From: Octopus sinensis
Lineage: Eukaryota
NCBI RefSeq assembly: GCF_006345805.1
Contig: NC_043007.1
Span: 23,002,001-23,066,000 of the forward strand
Reading direction: 5' to 3'
Length of the DNA: 64,000 nt
In this document: piece by piece, positions 38,501 through 52,700 of the stretch
How the letters are laid out: every line of letters begins with the position of its first letter
How positions within the stretch are numbered: the stretch's first letter is position 1
Notes under the pieces: model-generated
The model's input: the letters and a program-made list of their open reading frames with translations, nothing else
The model's database searches: none
Told to the model about the DNA's origin: nothing
Made by a program: the position numbers and the translations under genes

Positions 38501-39399
38501 TATAGATTGTCTGCTCCTCCAATTGTTATTATTCTGTTCTATTATTCTATTACTGTAAATCCTCGAGTATAATCCGCATTTTTTCCCCAAAATTTAAAGG
38601 TCAAAATCCCTAGTGCGTACTATATACGAGGTTAAAAATGAAAATTATTTTCTAAGCAATGTCCGAGTCTCTATTTGCTGTCTGGCAATGTTTATTCAGA
38701 CGCATTTTGTGACGTCGGGCACGAAAATACTTTAAGCTAAGCCAGAAAGCAATGAAGTCATAAAAGAATCATCCATAACTTGCAGTAAGCAACTTTTATT
38801 AAACGTTATTACTGTTATTTCTTTATTTTCTGCAAACAAAATGCACAAAAAAGCTACATGTTTGCATTATGTTATATACACAATAATAATAAAGGACGTT
38901 ATCGTATACATTTTTACAAACCAAGGACATTATATAGACCTCCTTGACTCAAGTTAGAGAAAGGGTGCGTATTATACACATGGTTGAGGTTTTTCAGAGG
39001 TACAGCCCCCTAAAAATCCCCTGTGTATTATACTCAAGGGTGGACTATACTCGAGGATTTACGGTATTTTTAAAGTCTGGTACTTGTTCCATTGGTCACT
39101 TGCCGAACCGCTAATAAATGGAGACGTACCAACCAGCACAGGTTTTCAAGCGGTGGTTTCAGCTAGGGGATGTGGCCATGCTGGGGTGTTTGCATTAGTG
39201 TTAATGCTTGTTTAGTTTAGACTCACTTTTCTGTCCTGTTTCTGGAATTGGTTCTAGTGAAGTTGTGAATTGAACAGAGCTGTCTTTTGTGTTTCTTGCT
39301 GTGGTGCGGGTTCATCTGGTACTCCAGATAGGATAATAAATTGTTTTGGTACCTCTGTGTGTGTGTGTATGTATGTATATTTATATGTAGACATATGTG

Positions 39400-39430
<31 letters not shown>

Positions 39431-40687
39431 ACTCACTCACTCACTCACTCACTCACTCACTCACTCAGCCACTCACTCACTCACTCACTCAGCCACTCAC
39501 TCACTCCTCACTCACTCAGCCACTCACTCACTCACTCACTCAGCCACTCACACACTCAAAAAACCACTCGCTCACTCACGTTGTAGACAGAGAAAGATGT
39601 AACTAGAATTAAGGACTAAAGATTCTGAAATTTCTGTGTAAATTGTTTTTTATAAAATACTATAGAACAAATAGTTTGTTGATCTTAAATTTATTTCCCC
39701 ATTCTCACCAAAATGACTCACTTTGTGTTTTCTTCTCTTCTTACAGTTATTGTGAGTTTTCCTCTCCTGGATGACCCAGAAGTATCCCTTGTCGCCTGGA
39801 CTACCACACCCTGGACTCTTCCCAGCAACTTGTCAGTTTGTGTCAATGCTGATCTTGATTACGTCAAGCTCTTAGGTGTGTGGCTCAGAAATTCTAATTT
39901 TTCTATAGTATCAAGTTATGTTGTTTACATTCTCTATTCAAATGCTGCCACAGTTTAGACTTAACCTCTCATTCTTCCAGGTGTCAGCAAAATTAGCATC
40001 GGTTAAGTATTGGGTAAGTATTGGGTTTGGACTAATCAACTCCACCTGATTCCACCTGATTGGTGCCCGTGCCAGTGGTATGTAAAAAGCACCATTTGAG
40101 CGTGGTTGATGCCAGTGCTGCCTGACTGGTCCTGTGCTGGTGGCACATAAAAAGCACCATTCGAGCATGATTGATACCACTACCACTTGAATCGCTTTTG
40201 TGCTGGTGGCACGTAAAAATCACCCACTACATTCTTGGAGTGGTTGGTACTATGAAGGACATCAAGCTGTAGAAATTTTGCCAGATTGGATTGGAGCTTG
40301 GTGCAGCCTTCTGGCTCGCCAGCCCTCAGTCAAACCGTCCAGCCCATACCAGTATAGAAAGTGGACGTTAAATGACAATGATGATGTGTACTGGGCTCAG
40401 TGTAATAGACTAACCCCTTCTCCACCAAATTTGTAGCTTTGTGCCTATGGTAGAAAGGATTATTATTATTATCATTAAGGCAGTGAGCTGGCAGAATCGT
40501 TAGCACACCGGACAAAATGCTTAGCAGCATTTTGTCTCTCTTAACATTCTGAGTTTAAATTCTGCCGAGGTCGACTTTGCCTTTTATTCTTTCACAGTCA
40601 ATAGATTAAGTACCAGTGAAATACTGGGGTCGATGTAATCAACTATTCCTCTCCCCCAAAATTTCAGGACTTGTGCCTATAGTAGAA

Positions 40688-40726
<39 letters not shown>

Positions 40727-43700
40727 TTTTGATGATGATGATAATGTCTTGTTTGTTTTTATTTTTGTTCCTAATGAATTGTTTCCTAACCATCACTTCA
40801 ATGTGTTTTTGTTCTCCAGATAAAAGCAACAACAAAATTTTCATCTTGATGGAAGCAAGGTTGTGTTCTCTCTATAGAAGTGAAGAAGAATACACCATTC
40901 TTGAAAAGTAATTCAACTCTCTCACTTTGTCTTTGGCTCCCACTTAGACTATTTCCACCTTTCTTACAAGCTCTCACTTTCTCTCTCTGTTTAACCTTTT
41001 ACCTTTCTCTCTCTCTCTCTCTCTCTGTATGACTGTTGATTTGACCAGCTGTGGTTTTTACAGGCACAGCTATGGGTGTGTAGTTAAGAAGTTTGCTTCC
41101 CAAGCACATGGTTTTGGGTTCAGTCCCACTGCATGACACTTTAAGTATCTTCTTCCATAACCCTAGGCCAGCCAAAGCCTTTCAAGTGAATCAGGTAATG
41201 GAAAACTGAAAGAAGCCTGTCATATATTTATATCAAAAGGATGTCTTATAAAACTATTCCGCACATACAATAACAGCCATACCAACAATCCAACACGCCT
41301 CCATCATCAGCTGCCCCCATGGATATCATTATGGTTTCGACACCCGGGCAGTACCACTCAATCTGTCGGTGTCAACAGCTGTAAAAGAAGTGTTGTTTGG
41401 GAACAAGCACATACCAAAAAAAAAAAAAAAACACAACTCTCAAACACATTTACCCTATGTCCAACAGTATTCAATCTAAATATTGGCAGGATTAAACACA
41501 AACTTTAAAGTTAAACTATAACAAGAAACACATAAATCTATGTACATCTGTATCAGTATTAATAGTAAAGCTATGATAACTAAATTATATGTATATAAAT
41601 ATATATGTGTGTATGTTTGTGTCTCCTTGTCTTGGCATTGTGTGATAGTTGTAGATGAGTGTCACTGTTATGCAAGCAGTGTCATTCATTTCCACTAGTT
41701 TGGTTAGTGGAGGCATGTGGCCTAGTGGTTAGAGCAGCGGACTCGCGGTAAAGGGATCGCGGGTTCGAATCTCAGACCGGGTGATGTGTGTGTTTATGAG
41801 CGAAACATCTAAGCTCCATGTGGCTCCGGCAGAAGGTAATGGCAAACTTCTGCTGACTCTTTCGCTACAACTTTTTCTCACTCTTTCCTCCTGCATCTTG
41901 CAGCTCACCGGCGTCCTGTCCAGGTGGGGAAACCTATACGCCAAGAAACCGGGAAACCAGCCCTTATGAGCCAGGCATGTCTCGAGAAGGAACAAACATA
42001 ATATTTTGGTTAAACTTGTCTGGCTATAGTGAAGTATTACCTCACTTGAAAACTGATGGTTAACAACAAGAAGGGCATCTTACCAGAGAAAATCTACCTC
42101 AACAAATTCTGTCTGACCCTTGCGAATAAAGTGGAGGCACATGGCTTAGTTTATTAGGGTGTTGGATTTGTGATCATAAGGTTGTGGTTTCAGTTCCTGG
42201 GTGGGGCAATGCATTGTGTTTTTGAGCAAAAAACACTTAATTTCAAATTGCTGCGGTTCACTCAGGTGATAGACATGAGTAATCCTGTAACAGACCAGCA
42301 TCCAGTCCAGAGAGGAATGCATACGTAAGGTAGCAAGCTGGCAGAATCATTACCATGGCGGGCGAAATGCTAAGCGGTATTTCGTCTGCTGCTACGTTCT
42401 GAGTTCAAATTCTGCCGAGGTCGACTTTGCCTTTCATCCTTTCGGGGTTGATTAAATAAGTACCAGTTACGCACTGGGATCAATATAATTGACTTAATCC
42501 GTTTGTCTGTCCTTGTTTGTCCCCTCTGTGTTTAGCCCCTTGTGGGTAGTAAAGAAATAGAATGCATACACCAGCGAAACCAGGAATCCAGCCTTATGCT
42601 CCTGATGGGGCCAGCCAGCCATGCAAGCATGGAAAAGTGGTTGTTAGAATCCTGGTGCTGATGATGACCTTTCTCCTCCTGATATGAAATCCCAGTTGTC
42701 CTACATCAATCACACAACCTGGCATTCATTCACTCAACTATTTCTCCAACTAAATAATATTTCACGATGTTTGAAGTCCAAGTTTGTATGTTCATTAGAA
42801 TTAGTCTCACTAACCTTATTAATCATCTACTTAATTAATTTACATGTTTATTATTATTATTATTTATCTTTCTAGGTTCAAGGGCAAAACTCTGGAAGGA
42901 AAGAAATACAAACCATTGTTTACTTATTTTGGATATGTAAGTTGAGCTTGTTTGTTGTTTTGTTGTTGTTGATGTAGTGAAGGCACGTGGTTTAGTACTT
43001 AGGGTTTTGGGCTCGTGATCGTAAGGTCACGAGTTCGATTCCTGGCTGCATATGGTGCCCTTGAGCAAGATACTTTATTTCACGTTACTCCAGTCTACTC
43101 AGCTGGTAAAAATGAGCTGTACCTGTAATTCAAAGGGCCATCATGCTGAATCTCCCTGGGAACTACGTTAACCCTTCAGCATTTAAACCAGAATATAGGG
43201 CTCACATATTCTACCGATTTCATGCCCAAACTCACCAGACCCAGAATCTTACATCTACCTTACAATGTTATTCTCAAAATAGTGGCTGTGTGGTAAGTAG
43301 CTTGCTAACCAACCACATGGTTCCGGGTTCAGTCCCACTGCGTGGCATCTTGGGCAAGTGTCTTCTGCTATAGCCCCGGGCCGACCAATGCCTTGTGAGT
43401 GGATTTGGTAGACGGAAACTGAAAGAAGCCTGTCGTATATATGTATATATATATATATATATAAGTGTGTGTGTATATGTTTGTGTGTCTGTGTTTGTCT
43501 CCCTAGCATTGCTTGACAACCGATGCTGGCGTGTTTATGTCCCCGTCACTTAGCGGTTCGGCAAAAGAGACCGATAGAATGAGTACTGGGCTTACAAAAA
43601 GAATAAGTCCCGGGGTCGAGTTGCTCGATTAAAAGGCGGTGCTCCAGCATGGCCGCAGTCAAATGACTGAAACAAATAAATAAAAAATAAAAAAAAATAA

Positions 43701-46700
43701 ACAATCACTTCATTAAAATCTGAAAGCTCCGAGATAAAGCATGATCAATTCAAAACAATATGAATAAGTAAGCATTGCACTTGACAATAATCTGAATGCT
43801 AAAGCATTAAGGGTACATGTTTCTTTATTGCCCACAAGGGGCTAAACACAGCGGGGACAAACAGGGACAGACAAAGGGATTAAGTCGATTACATCGACCC
43901 CAGTGCGAAACTGGTACTTAATTTATCAGCCCTGAAAGGATGAAAGGCAAAGTCGACCTCGGCAGAATTTGAACTCAGAACGTAACGGCAGATGAAATAC
44001 CTATTTCTTTACTACCCACAAGGGGCTAGACACAGAGGGGACAAACAAGGACAGACACACGGATTAAGTCGATTACATCGACCCCAGTGCGTAACTGGTA
44101 CTTAATTTATTGACCCTAAAAGGATGAAAGGCAAAGTCGACCTCGGCAGAATTTGAACTCAGAATGTAACGGCAGATGAAATACCTATTTCTTTACTACC
44201 CACAAGGGGCTAGACACAGAGGGGACAAACAAGGACAGACACACGGATTAAGTCGATTACATCGACCCCAGTGCGTAACTGGTACTTAATTTATTGACCC
44301 CGAAAGGATGAAAGGTAAAGTCGACCTCGGCGGAATTTGAACTCAGAACGTAACGGCAGACGAAATACTGCTAAACATTTCGCCCGGCGTGCTAACGTTT
44401 CTGCCAGCTCGCCGCCTTTAGGTACATTAAGGGTACACGTGTCTGTGGAATGCTCAGCCACTTGTTCATTAATTTTATGAGCAGGCTGTTCTATTGATCA
44501 GATCAACTAGAACACTTGTTGCCATAACTGACAAAGAGCTAGGTCTGCTCTTGATGTAAATTTTCCCAGCTGTGGTTGATGATTGCATCAGCTGTGATTC
44601 AAAGCTGTTTCAGCATCACTTATTTCATGACTGTCACACCTGTATCATCGTTCTATCATAAAAAAAATTCTCAGATGTTTATTGATTTTTCAATGAATTC
44701 TGAATTAACTTCATAACTTTGTTCCACTTTACTCATAAACTTCTGTCACTGCTTTATGCATGCATGTGTGTGTGTGTGTGTGTGAGGGTATGAATGTGTG
44801 TATGTACACACACACTTATCATTGTCTTTTACATATATCTAACACATAACATACACACACACACACACACACACACAACACTCTCACACAACACATACAC
44901 TCTCAAACACACGCAGAGCCCCTCACCCACGCACAGAAACACACACACAAACACATACACACTCCTGTCATAACCAACCACTTGTTGTTTTACCATCATA
45001 TGAGTTTAAGCTTTTCCCTTGACAGGTGAATGGGCTAATGAGATATAATTTACAAAATATAATTAATTGCAAATTTTTTCTCATTTAATATTCAGATTTT
45101 ATCTTTTGCTTGTTTCAGTCATTGGATGATGGGCATGTTGGGACTCTGCCTTGAGGCGATTTAGTTAGATAAGTATGGTGAGGTTGATCCTATCAACCCC
45201 TGTACATATTTAACGTCCGCTTTCTATGCTAGCATGGGTTGGATGATTTGACTGAGGTCTGGCGAACCAGATGGCTGCACCAGGCTCCAATCTGATCTGG
45301 CAGAGTTTCTACAGCTGGATGCCCTTCCTAACGCCAACCACTCCGAGTGTGTAGTGGGTGCTTTTACATTCCACTGGCACGAGGGCCAGTCAGGCGGTAC
45401 TGGCAACGGCCACGCTCAAATGGTGCTTTTTATGTACCACCTGCCCAGGAGCCAGTCCAGCGGCACTGGCAACGACCTCACTCGAATGTTTTTTTCATGT
45501 GCCACCAGCACAAGTGCTAGTAAAGCGACGCAGGTAACGATCATGCTCGAATGTCGCTTTTAATGGGCCATTGGCACAGAGGTCAGCTTGTTGCTCTGGC
45601 AACAATCTCACTCGTATGGTTAGCACAGATGCCAGTCATCGAATTTGATTTCGATTTTAAATATTTTGACTTTAAATATAACAAAGAATTTAGTAAAATA
45701 ACTTCGTTATCATTCAGCCAGTGTTAGGAACATAAATTGTGTCTAAGTTTTGGTGGCAAGATTTGAATTCAAAACTTATGCAAACAAGACATTTGTACTC
45801 AGAGCCAGAACCAGTTTCAGCTGGGTTGGTAACAAAAGGGTTAATGAAATGCTATGATAGATACTTCTTGTGCTCTGAGTTTTTAGTTCAATTGACTTAT
45901 AACCCTCCCACTCTTTGCAATAAATTTGTTGTTTTAATTTCAATATGAAAAATTGTTATTGTTGTTTTCTTGTCATTTCTTGTTATTTTTTCTTCTTTTA
46001 GATGAGAGAAAAAACCGGCTGCTTCCAGGTGTTGTGTGATGGTTACGTCTCTGCTGAGAGTGGTACTGGAGTTGTACAGCAAGCTCCCTATTTTGGAGAG
46101 GTGAGTTATGGCTTGTTCTTCCTCATTGGTGTTATGACACAGAAACAAATAATGATATTGTGCTCAGATAATGATTTTATTAACGAGCGACAAATATTGC
46201 AATAATTCAAAAATGAAATGTGAAATGGTAAACAGTAATCTCAGTTGTCCATGGTGGACAAATGGACAAGACAAGCGTGATGCGGTAAAAAAGAATAAAT
46301 CCATGAAAGGGGACAATTTATAAAATGTCACCCGAGAGAGTCAATGAAAGATGATTGGATAAATAGGTGTAAGCATAAAGAAAAACAATGTTGGAGTAGG
46401 AAAATGTCACATGACAGAATCGTACTGCATGATTGGCTGAGCAAAAATACACTCTAATAAACAATGTTGAGCCAACTGGGGTCAATATCTATTTCTTTAC
46501 TATCCACAAGAGGCTAAACACAGAGAGGACAAACAAGGACAGACAAATGGATTAAGTCGATTACATCGACCCCAGTGCGTAACTGGTACTTAATTTATCG
46601 ACCCCGAAAGGATGAAAGGCAAAGTCGACCTCGGCAGAATTTGAACTCAGAACGTAACGGCAGACGAAATATCTATTTCTTTACTGCCCACAAGGGGCTA

Positions 46701-49700
46701 AACACAGAGAGGACAAACAAGGACAGAAAAAGAGATTAAGTCGATTATATCGACCCCAGTGCATATCTGGTACTTATTTAATCGACCCTGAAAGGATGAA
46801 TTTGAACTCAGAACATAGCGGCAGACGAAATACCGCTAAGCATTTCGCCCGGCCTGCTAACGATTCTGCCAGTTCACCGCCTTACTGGGGTCAATACCAT
46901 TGTTAATAAGTCAAGATCAAGGAAAATGTCACATGACAGAATCATGCTCCCTGATTGGATGAACAAAAATTGACAATTAATAAACAATATGTTGTTGGGG
47001 CAACTGGAGTAGTTACAATTTGTTCAAATGTTGAGAAAAAAATTAATTTAGAGAGCATTTTTTATCTTCAAGTATACATCTGTTGTGTCCGGTCTTAAAC
47101 ATTTTGGTAATATATGTGTTGTTATTCTTTACTCCTTTCCTCCTCACAGGATGATTACCGAGTGTGTACCAGTTATGGGCTCATCACAAAAGACATGCCA
47201 AGCATCTGTCCAGTGGATGCTTGTGGACGATTCACCAGTGAAGTGACAGACTACAAAGGAATCTATATCAAGGTAGGTGTTGGTTTCATTGATAAATTTG
47301 TCCAAAGAGAAGGCAACAGTTCCCATGTCCTTTACTGTAAACCCTCCAAGACTTGTGAGATTAACATAGGGTTTGAACTGAATAACTGAAAGTAAATGTC
47401 TGAATGGAAATAGGAAGCGAGGAATCAGTCTGCTCCAAATGTTGCAACCGAGAAGGCCCTGTTAAATATACCCACAAAGCATAAGTAGCTGTGTCAAGCC
47501 AGATGTTTGTGCATTTTATATGATATACATAAGCAGTGTTTTACAACCACCAGAGTAACTTGGGACTGATGAAAAAAAATGCTTTGTTACTCTAAACATA
47601 TGAAACAAGTGAAATCCTCATCATCATCATCATCATGTTGAACATCCGCTTTCCATTCTAGCATGGGTTGGACGATTTGACTGAGGTCTGGCGAACCAGG
47701 CGGCTGCAACGGACTCCAATCTGATCTGGCAGAGTTTCTACAGCTGAATGCCCTTTCTAACGCCAACCACTCCGAGAGTGTAGTGGGTACTTTTACGTGT
47801 CACCGGCACGAGGGCCAGTCAAGTGGTACTGGCAGTGGCCATGCTCAAATGGTGCTTTTTATGTGCCACCTGCACAGAAGCCAGTCCAGTGGCACTGGCA
47901 ACGACCTTGCTCGAATGTTTTTTCACGTGCCACCAGCACAAGTGCCAGTAAGGCGACGCAGGTAACGATCATGCTCGAATGGTGCTTTTTACGTGCCCAT
48001 CGGCATGGAGGCCAGCTTGTTACTCTGGCAACGATCATGCTTGTATGGTACTCTTAGCGCTCCACTAGCATGGATGCCAGTCATCGAATTTGATGAAAAA
48101 ATGTATGGGCCTTTAGGATAAACTTACGAAAATGCTTTGACCTGCAAAAGGTTAATACCTCCTCCTCCTCCTGCAGCTCCACATCCTCCTCCGCCACCAC
48201 CATTACTCTCTTTCTGTTGCTCTGGTATGTTCACTTGTCTTCAGCTGTCTCTATGCCATTTTTCCTTCCCTACCCCACCTTTTCCTCTATCGCCAACATT
48301 TTTCTTATTGGCCTTATTGTTACACTCTTAGGATATCGGTTTCATTTTATTTCCTTTCACTTCACATCTCCATTTCTCCGCCCACCAGGATGCTGATAAA
48401 GACATTGTCAAATACCTGAAGAGCCAAGGTCGTCTGGTGCACCAAGGAACCGTCACTCACAACTACCCCTTCTGCTGGAGGTAAGACTCAACATTTCCTT
48501 GAAGATCTTTGCTTTTCTTGTTGGTGTTGTTTAGCACCAGATCATCTCTTTGTATAGCTAGGACTGCATCGTCCAATGTGTTCTTTTTGAAGTTAGTAGA
48601 GTGCATTTGAGGGAAACTTGGTTGCTATTTCTAGCAAATCAATTGTCCACATAGAGCTTCCTCATTCACTCTTCATTGCATTTCTGTTGAGGCTAAGTCC
48701 AGACCTTAACAGCGAAACTAACATTGAAGATGGTATTAGAATAGATAAATGTGGTCTAATTGTAGGCAGGACTTCTGTGGAGAGTTACAAATAATAATAA
48801 TCATAGCTGAGAAAATTATCAGACTGGGTCTTGGTAAAACTTTCTATCTTCTCAACTGTCAGATGAAAGCTTGATAAAAGTGACCAGTTGCTCCTAATAC
48901 TCTAAATCTCTCTCTTTTTTTCCTCTGTCCCTCTTTCTCATCCCTCAATATTCAGGTCTGATACACCATTAATCTACAAAGCAGTGCCAAGTACATTTAT
49001 CAGAGTAGCAGAACATGCTGAAAATCTGTTGAAATGCAACCAAGAAACCTACTGGTATGTATGAAATTTTGTTCAACTTATCAACCATTATCATCATCAT
49101 CATCATCATTTAGCGTCCGTTTTCCATGCTAGCATGGGTTGGACGGTTCAACTGGGGTCTGTGAAGCTGGAAGGCTGCACCAGGCTCCAGTCAGATCTGG
49201 CAGTGTTTCTACGGCTGGATGCCCTTCCTAACGCCAACCACTCCGTGAGTGTAGTGGGTGCTTTTTACGTGCCACCCGCACAGGTGCCAGACAGAGCTGG
49301 CAAACGGCCACGAACGAATGGTGCTTTTACGTGTCACTGGCATGGGGGCCAGGCGAGGCTGGCAACGGACATGAACGGTTGGTGCTTTTACGTGCCACCG
49401 ACACGGGGGCCAGACAGTGCTGGCAAACGGCCACGAACGGATGGTGCTTTTATGTGTCACCGGCACAGGGGCCAGGCAAGGCTGGCAACAGGCACGAACG
49501 GATGGTGCTTTTACGTGCCACTCTATTAAAGCACAGCAGCATTAGAACACTTAACTGTTAACTTCATGGTTGTGACAACACCTTACCGTTTCTCCTTTCT
49601 CATCTTCAGTTAGCCTTTTTAATATCACCCCCACACATACACACACTACATTTACCCTTCTAGAAGTCTCTCATTTCTTTTTCTCAATAGGGTTCCAGAT

Positions 49701-52700
49701 TTTGTGAAAGAGAAACGATTTGCCAACTGGTTGAAAGATGCAAGAGACTGGGCAGTATCAAGGAACAGATACTGGGGGACCCCAATACCCCTGTGGATCA
49801 GTGATGATGGTGAAGAGGTATTTAGGAACATATGTTCTTTTACTCTTTTATTCTTTTATTGGTTTCAGTCATTGAACTGGCACCATATTTCTTTACTACC
49901 CACAAGGGGCTAAACACAGAGAGGACAAACAAGGACAGACAAACGGATTAAGTCGATTATATCGACCCCAGTGTGTAACTGCTACTTATTTAATTGACCC
50001 GAAAAGGATAAACGGCAAAGTCGACCTCGGCAGAATTTGAACTCAGAACGTAGTGGCAGGCGAAATACCGCTAAGCATTTCGCCCGGCGTGCTAACATAT
50101 CTGCCAGCTTGTCACTCTTAATCGACCCCAAAAGGATAAAAGGCAAAGTCGACCTCGGCAGAATTTGAACTCAGAACGTAGTGGCAGGCGAAATACCGCT
50201 AAGCATTTCGCCCCGTGTGCTAACAATTCTGCCAGCTCGCCACCTTAAATCAACCCTGAAAGGAAGAAAGGCAAAGTCGACTTCGGTGGAATTTGAACTC
50301 AGAACATAGCGGCAGACGAAATACTGCTAAACATTTCGCCCGGCATGCTAACGTTTCTGCCAGCTCGCCGCCTTCACCATGAACTGGCACCATGCTGTGA
50401 CATCACCTTGAAGGAGGTTTGGTAAATTATATTGACCCCAATCCATGGTTTACTTCTTATTTTATCAGATCTCGAACATTTTAAACTTGCTTTGTTCTGC
50501 ATCCCTTTAGGTGTGTGTCGGACCATCTAAATACTTGAACCCTATATCATTGTAGAAGCCATGTGGTCTCGTGGTTAGGATGTTGCACTCATGTGTATAA
50601 GATAATGGCTTTGATTGCTGGACCTAGCAGTGCATTGTGTTCTTGAGCAAAACACTTCATTTCATATTGCTCCCATCTACTCAGCTGTAAATGAGCAACC
50701 CTGCAATGGACTGGCATCCCATCCAGGGGAAATGCTTTGCTCTCAGTTACTTTTGTGCCATGGAAACTGGGTGACTGGCCGAATGAATCCCAGGACTTGA
50801 GACTAATGACCATGGGTTGATGATGATATATCTTTGTAGCTGGAAGGTCTTAGCTTCCAATGTTCTATGATTGTGTATCATCTCACATGACCAGCTTTTA
50901 AGATTACTGTGATCTTGTTCATTACGTCCAGCTTTTTTAATTTTCTATAGACCCTCAGTCTTCCTCCTGTGTGTGGTGGTGAACTCTGTTTCACACCTTC
51001 ATGAAAGATATTTCTTATTTCTTTACTGCCCATAAGGGGCTACACACAGAGGGGACAAACAAGGACAGACAAACGAATTAACCCTTTCATTACTGTATTT
51101 ATTTTGAGATGCTCTGTGTTTCTTTCAATTATTTTAAATATAACAAAGAATTTAGTAAAATAACTTAGTTATCATTCAGCTAGTGTTAGCAACATAAATT
51201 GTGACTAAGTTTTGGTGGAAGATTTTAATTCAAAACTTATGAAAACAAGACATTTGTACTACAGAGCCAGAGCCGGTTTCAGCCAGGTTGGTAATGAAAG
51301 GGTTAAATCAATTATATTGATCCCAGTGCGTAACTGGTACTTATTTAATAGACCCCGAAAGGATGAAAGGCAAAGTTGACCTCGGCAGAATTTGAACTCA
51401 GAACGTAGCAGCAGACGAAATACCGCTAAGCATTTCGCTCGGCATGCTAACGTTTCTGCCAGCTTGCCACCATGAAAGATATTTCTAGGAACAGCCAACA
51501 ACTACAATGGTAATTTTTGTTTTTTGTAGGTCGTCTGTATTGGTAGCCGTAAAGAGTTAGAAGAGCTCACTGGAACAGTCGTCTCTGACATCCACAGAGA
51601 GAGGTAGGTGCTGACGGTTTTGTTAATCAGATGGGGAACTTGTGTGTGTGTATAATGTATATGTATTCAAGTATTTGTTAGTGAATTTGTTTGCATTTGT
51701 GTGTGTGTGTGTCTTTTTGTGTATGATGTTTGTATATGTAGGTGTGTGATTTGCCTTCTTTATGACACGACTTGTGCATCATGTCTTTTTTATTTTTCTA
51801 TTCTGTAGCATTGACCATCTAACAATCCCATCCAAACAAGGTAAAGGTGTGCTTCGGCGTGTGCCGGAAGTGTTTGACTGCTGGTTCGAGAGTGGCTGCA
51901 TGCCCTACGCCCAGGTGCATTATCCTTTCGAGAACAAAAAGGTGTTTCACGAGACGTTTCCAGCTGACTTCATTGCTGAAGGTATTGATCAGACACGTGG
52001 ATGGTAAGTGGACTATCTTAGCAATCACAATGTTATTAATCTTTCTCTGGCATGGCTGTGTGGTTAAGAAGCTTGTTTTGTGACCACATGATTTTTGGTT
52101 CAGTCCCACTAAATGGCACCTTGAGTTAAAGTGTCTTCTACTATAACGCCAGGCTAACCAATGCCTTGTGAGTGAATCTGGTTGATAGAAACAGGCAGCG
52201 AGCTGGCAGAAACGTTAGCACGCTGAGCGAAATGCCTAGCGGTATTTTGTCTGCCATTACGTTCTGAGTTCAAATTCCGCTGAGGTCGACTTTGCCTTTC
52301 ATCCTTTTGGGGTCAATAAATTAAGTACCAGTTACGCACTGGGGGTCAGTGTAATCGACTTAATCCCTCTGTTTGTCCTTGTTTGTCCTCTCTAAGTTTA
52401 GCCCCTTGTGGGCAATAAAGAAATAAGAAACTGTGGAAGCTCATCATATATGTAGGTGTAGGTGCGCACGTGTGTGTGTATGTGTGTTGGAGTAATGTCA
52501 CCAACGCCTGTTTATGTCCCTGTGACTTAGCAGTTCAACAAAAAACACAGAATAAGTATCGGACTTAGAAAAATAAGTGCTGGGGTTGATTTGCTTACCT
52601 GAACCCTTTAAGGCAGTGCCCCAGCATGGCCATAGTCCAATGACTAAAACAAGTAAAAGATTGCTGTTGTTGTTGTTGTTAAGCAACAAGACGGGCAAGG

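Noticed and set aside
41300-41390. Minus-strand GACACC/GGUGUC-GAAAC hammerhead-like stem
   Set aside because: Core and stems I/III could not be assembled convincingly.
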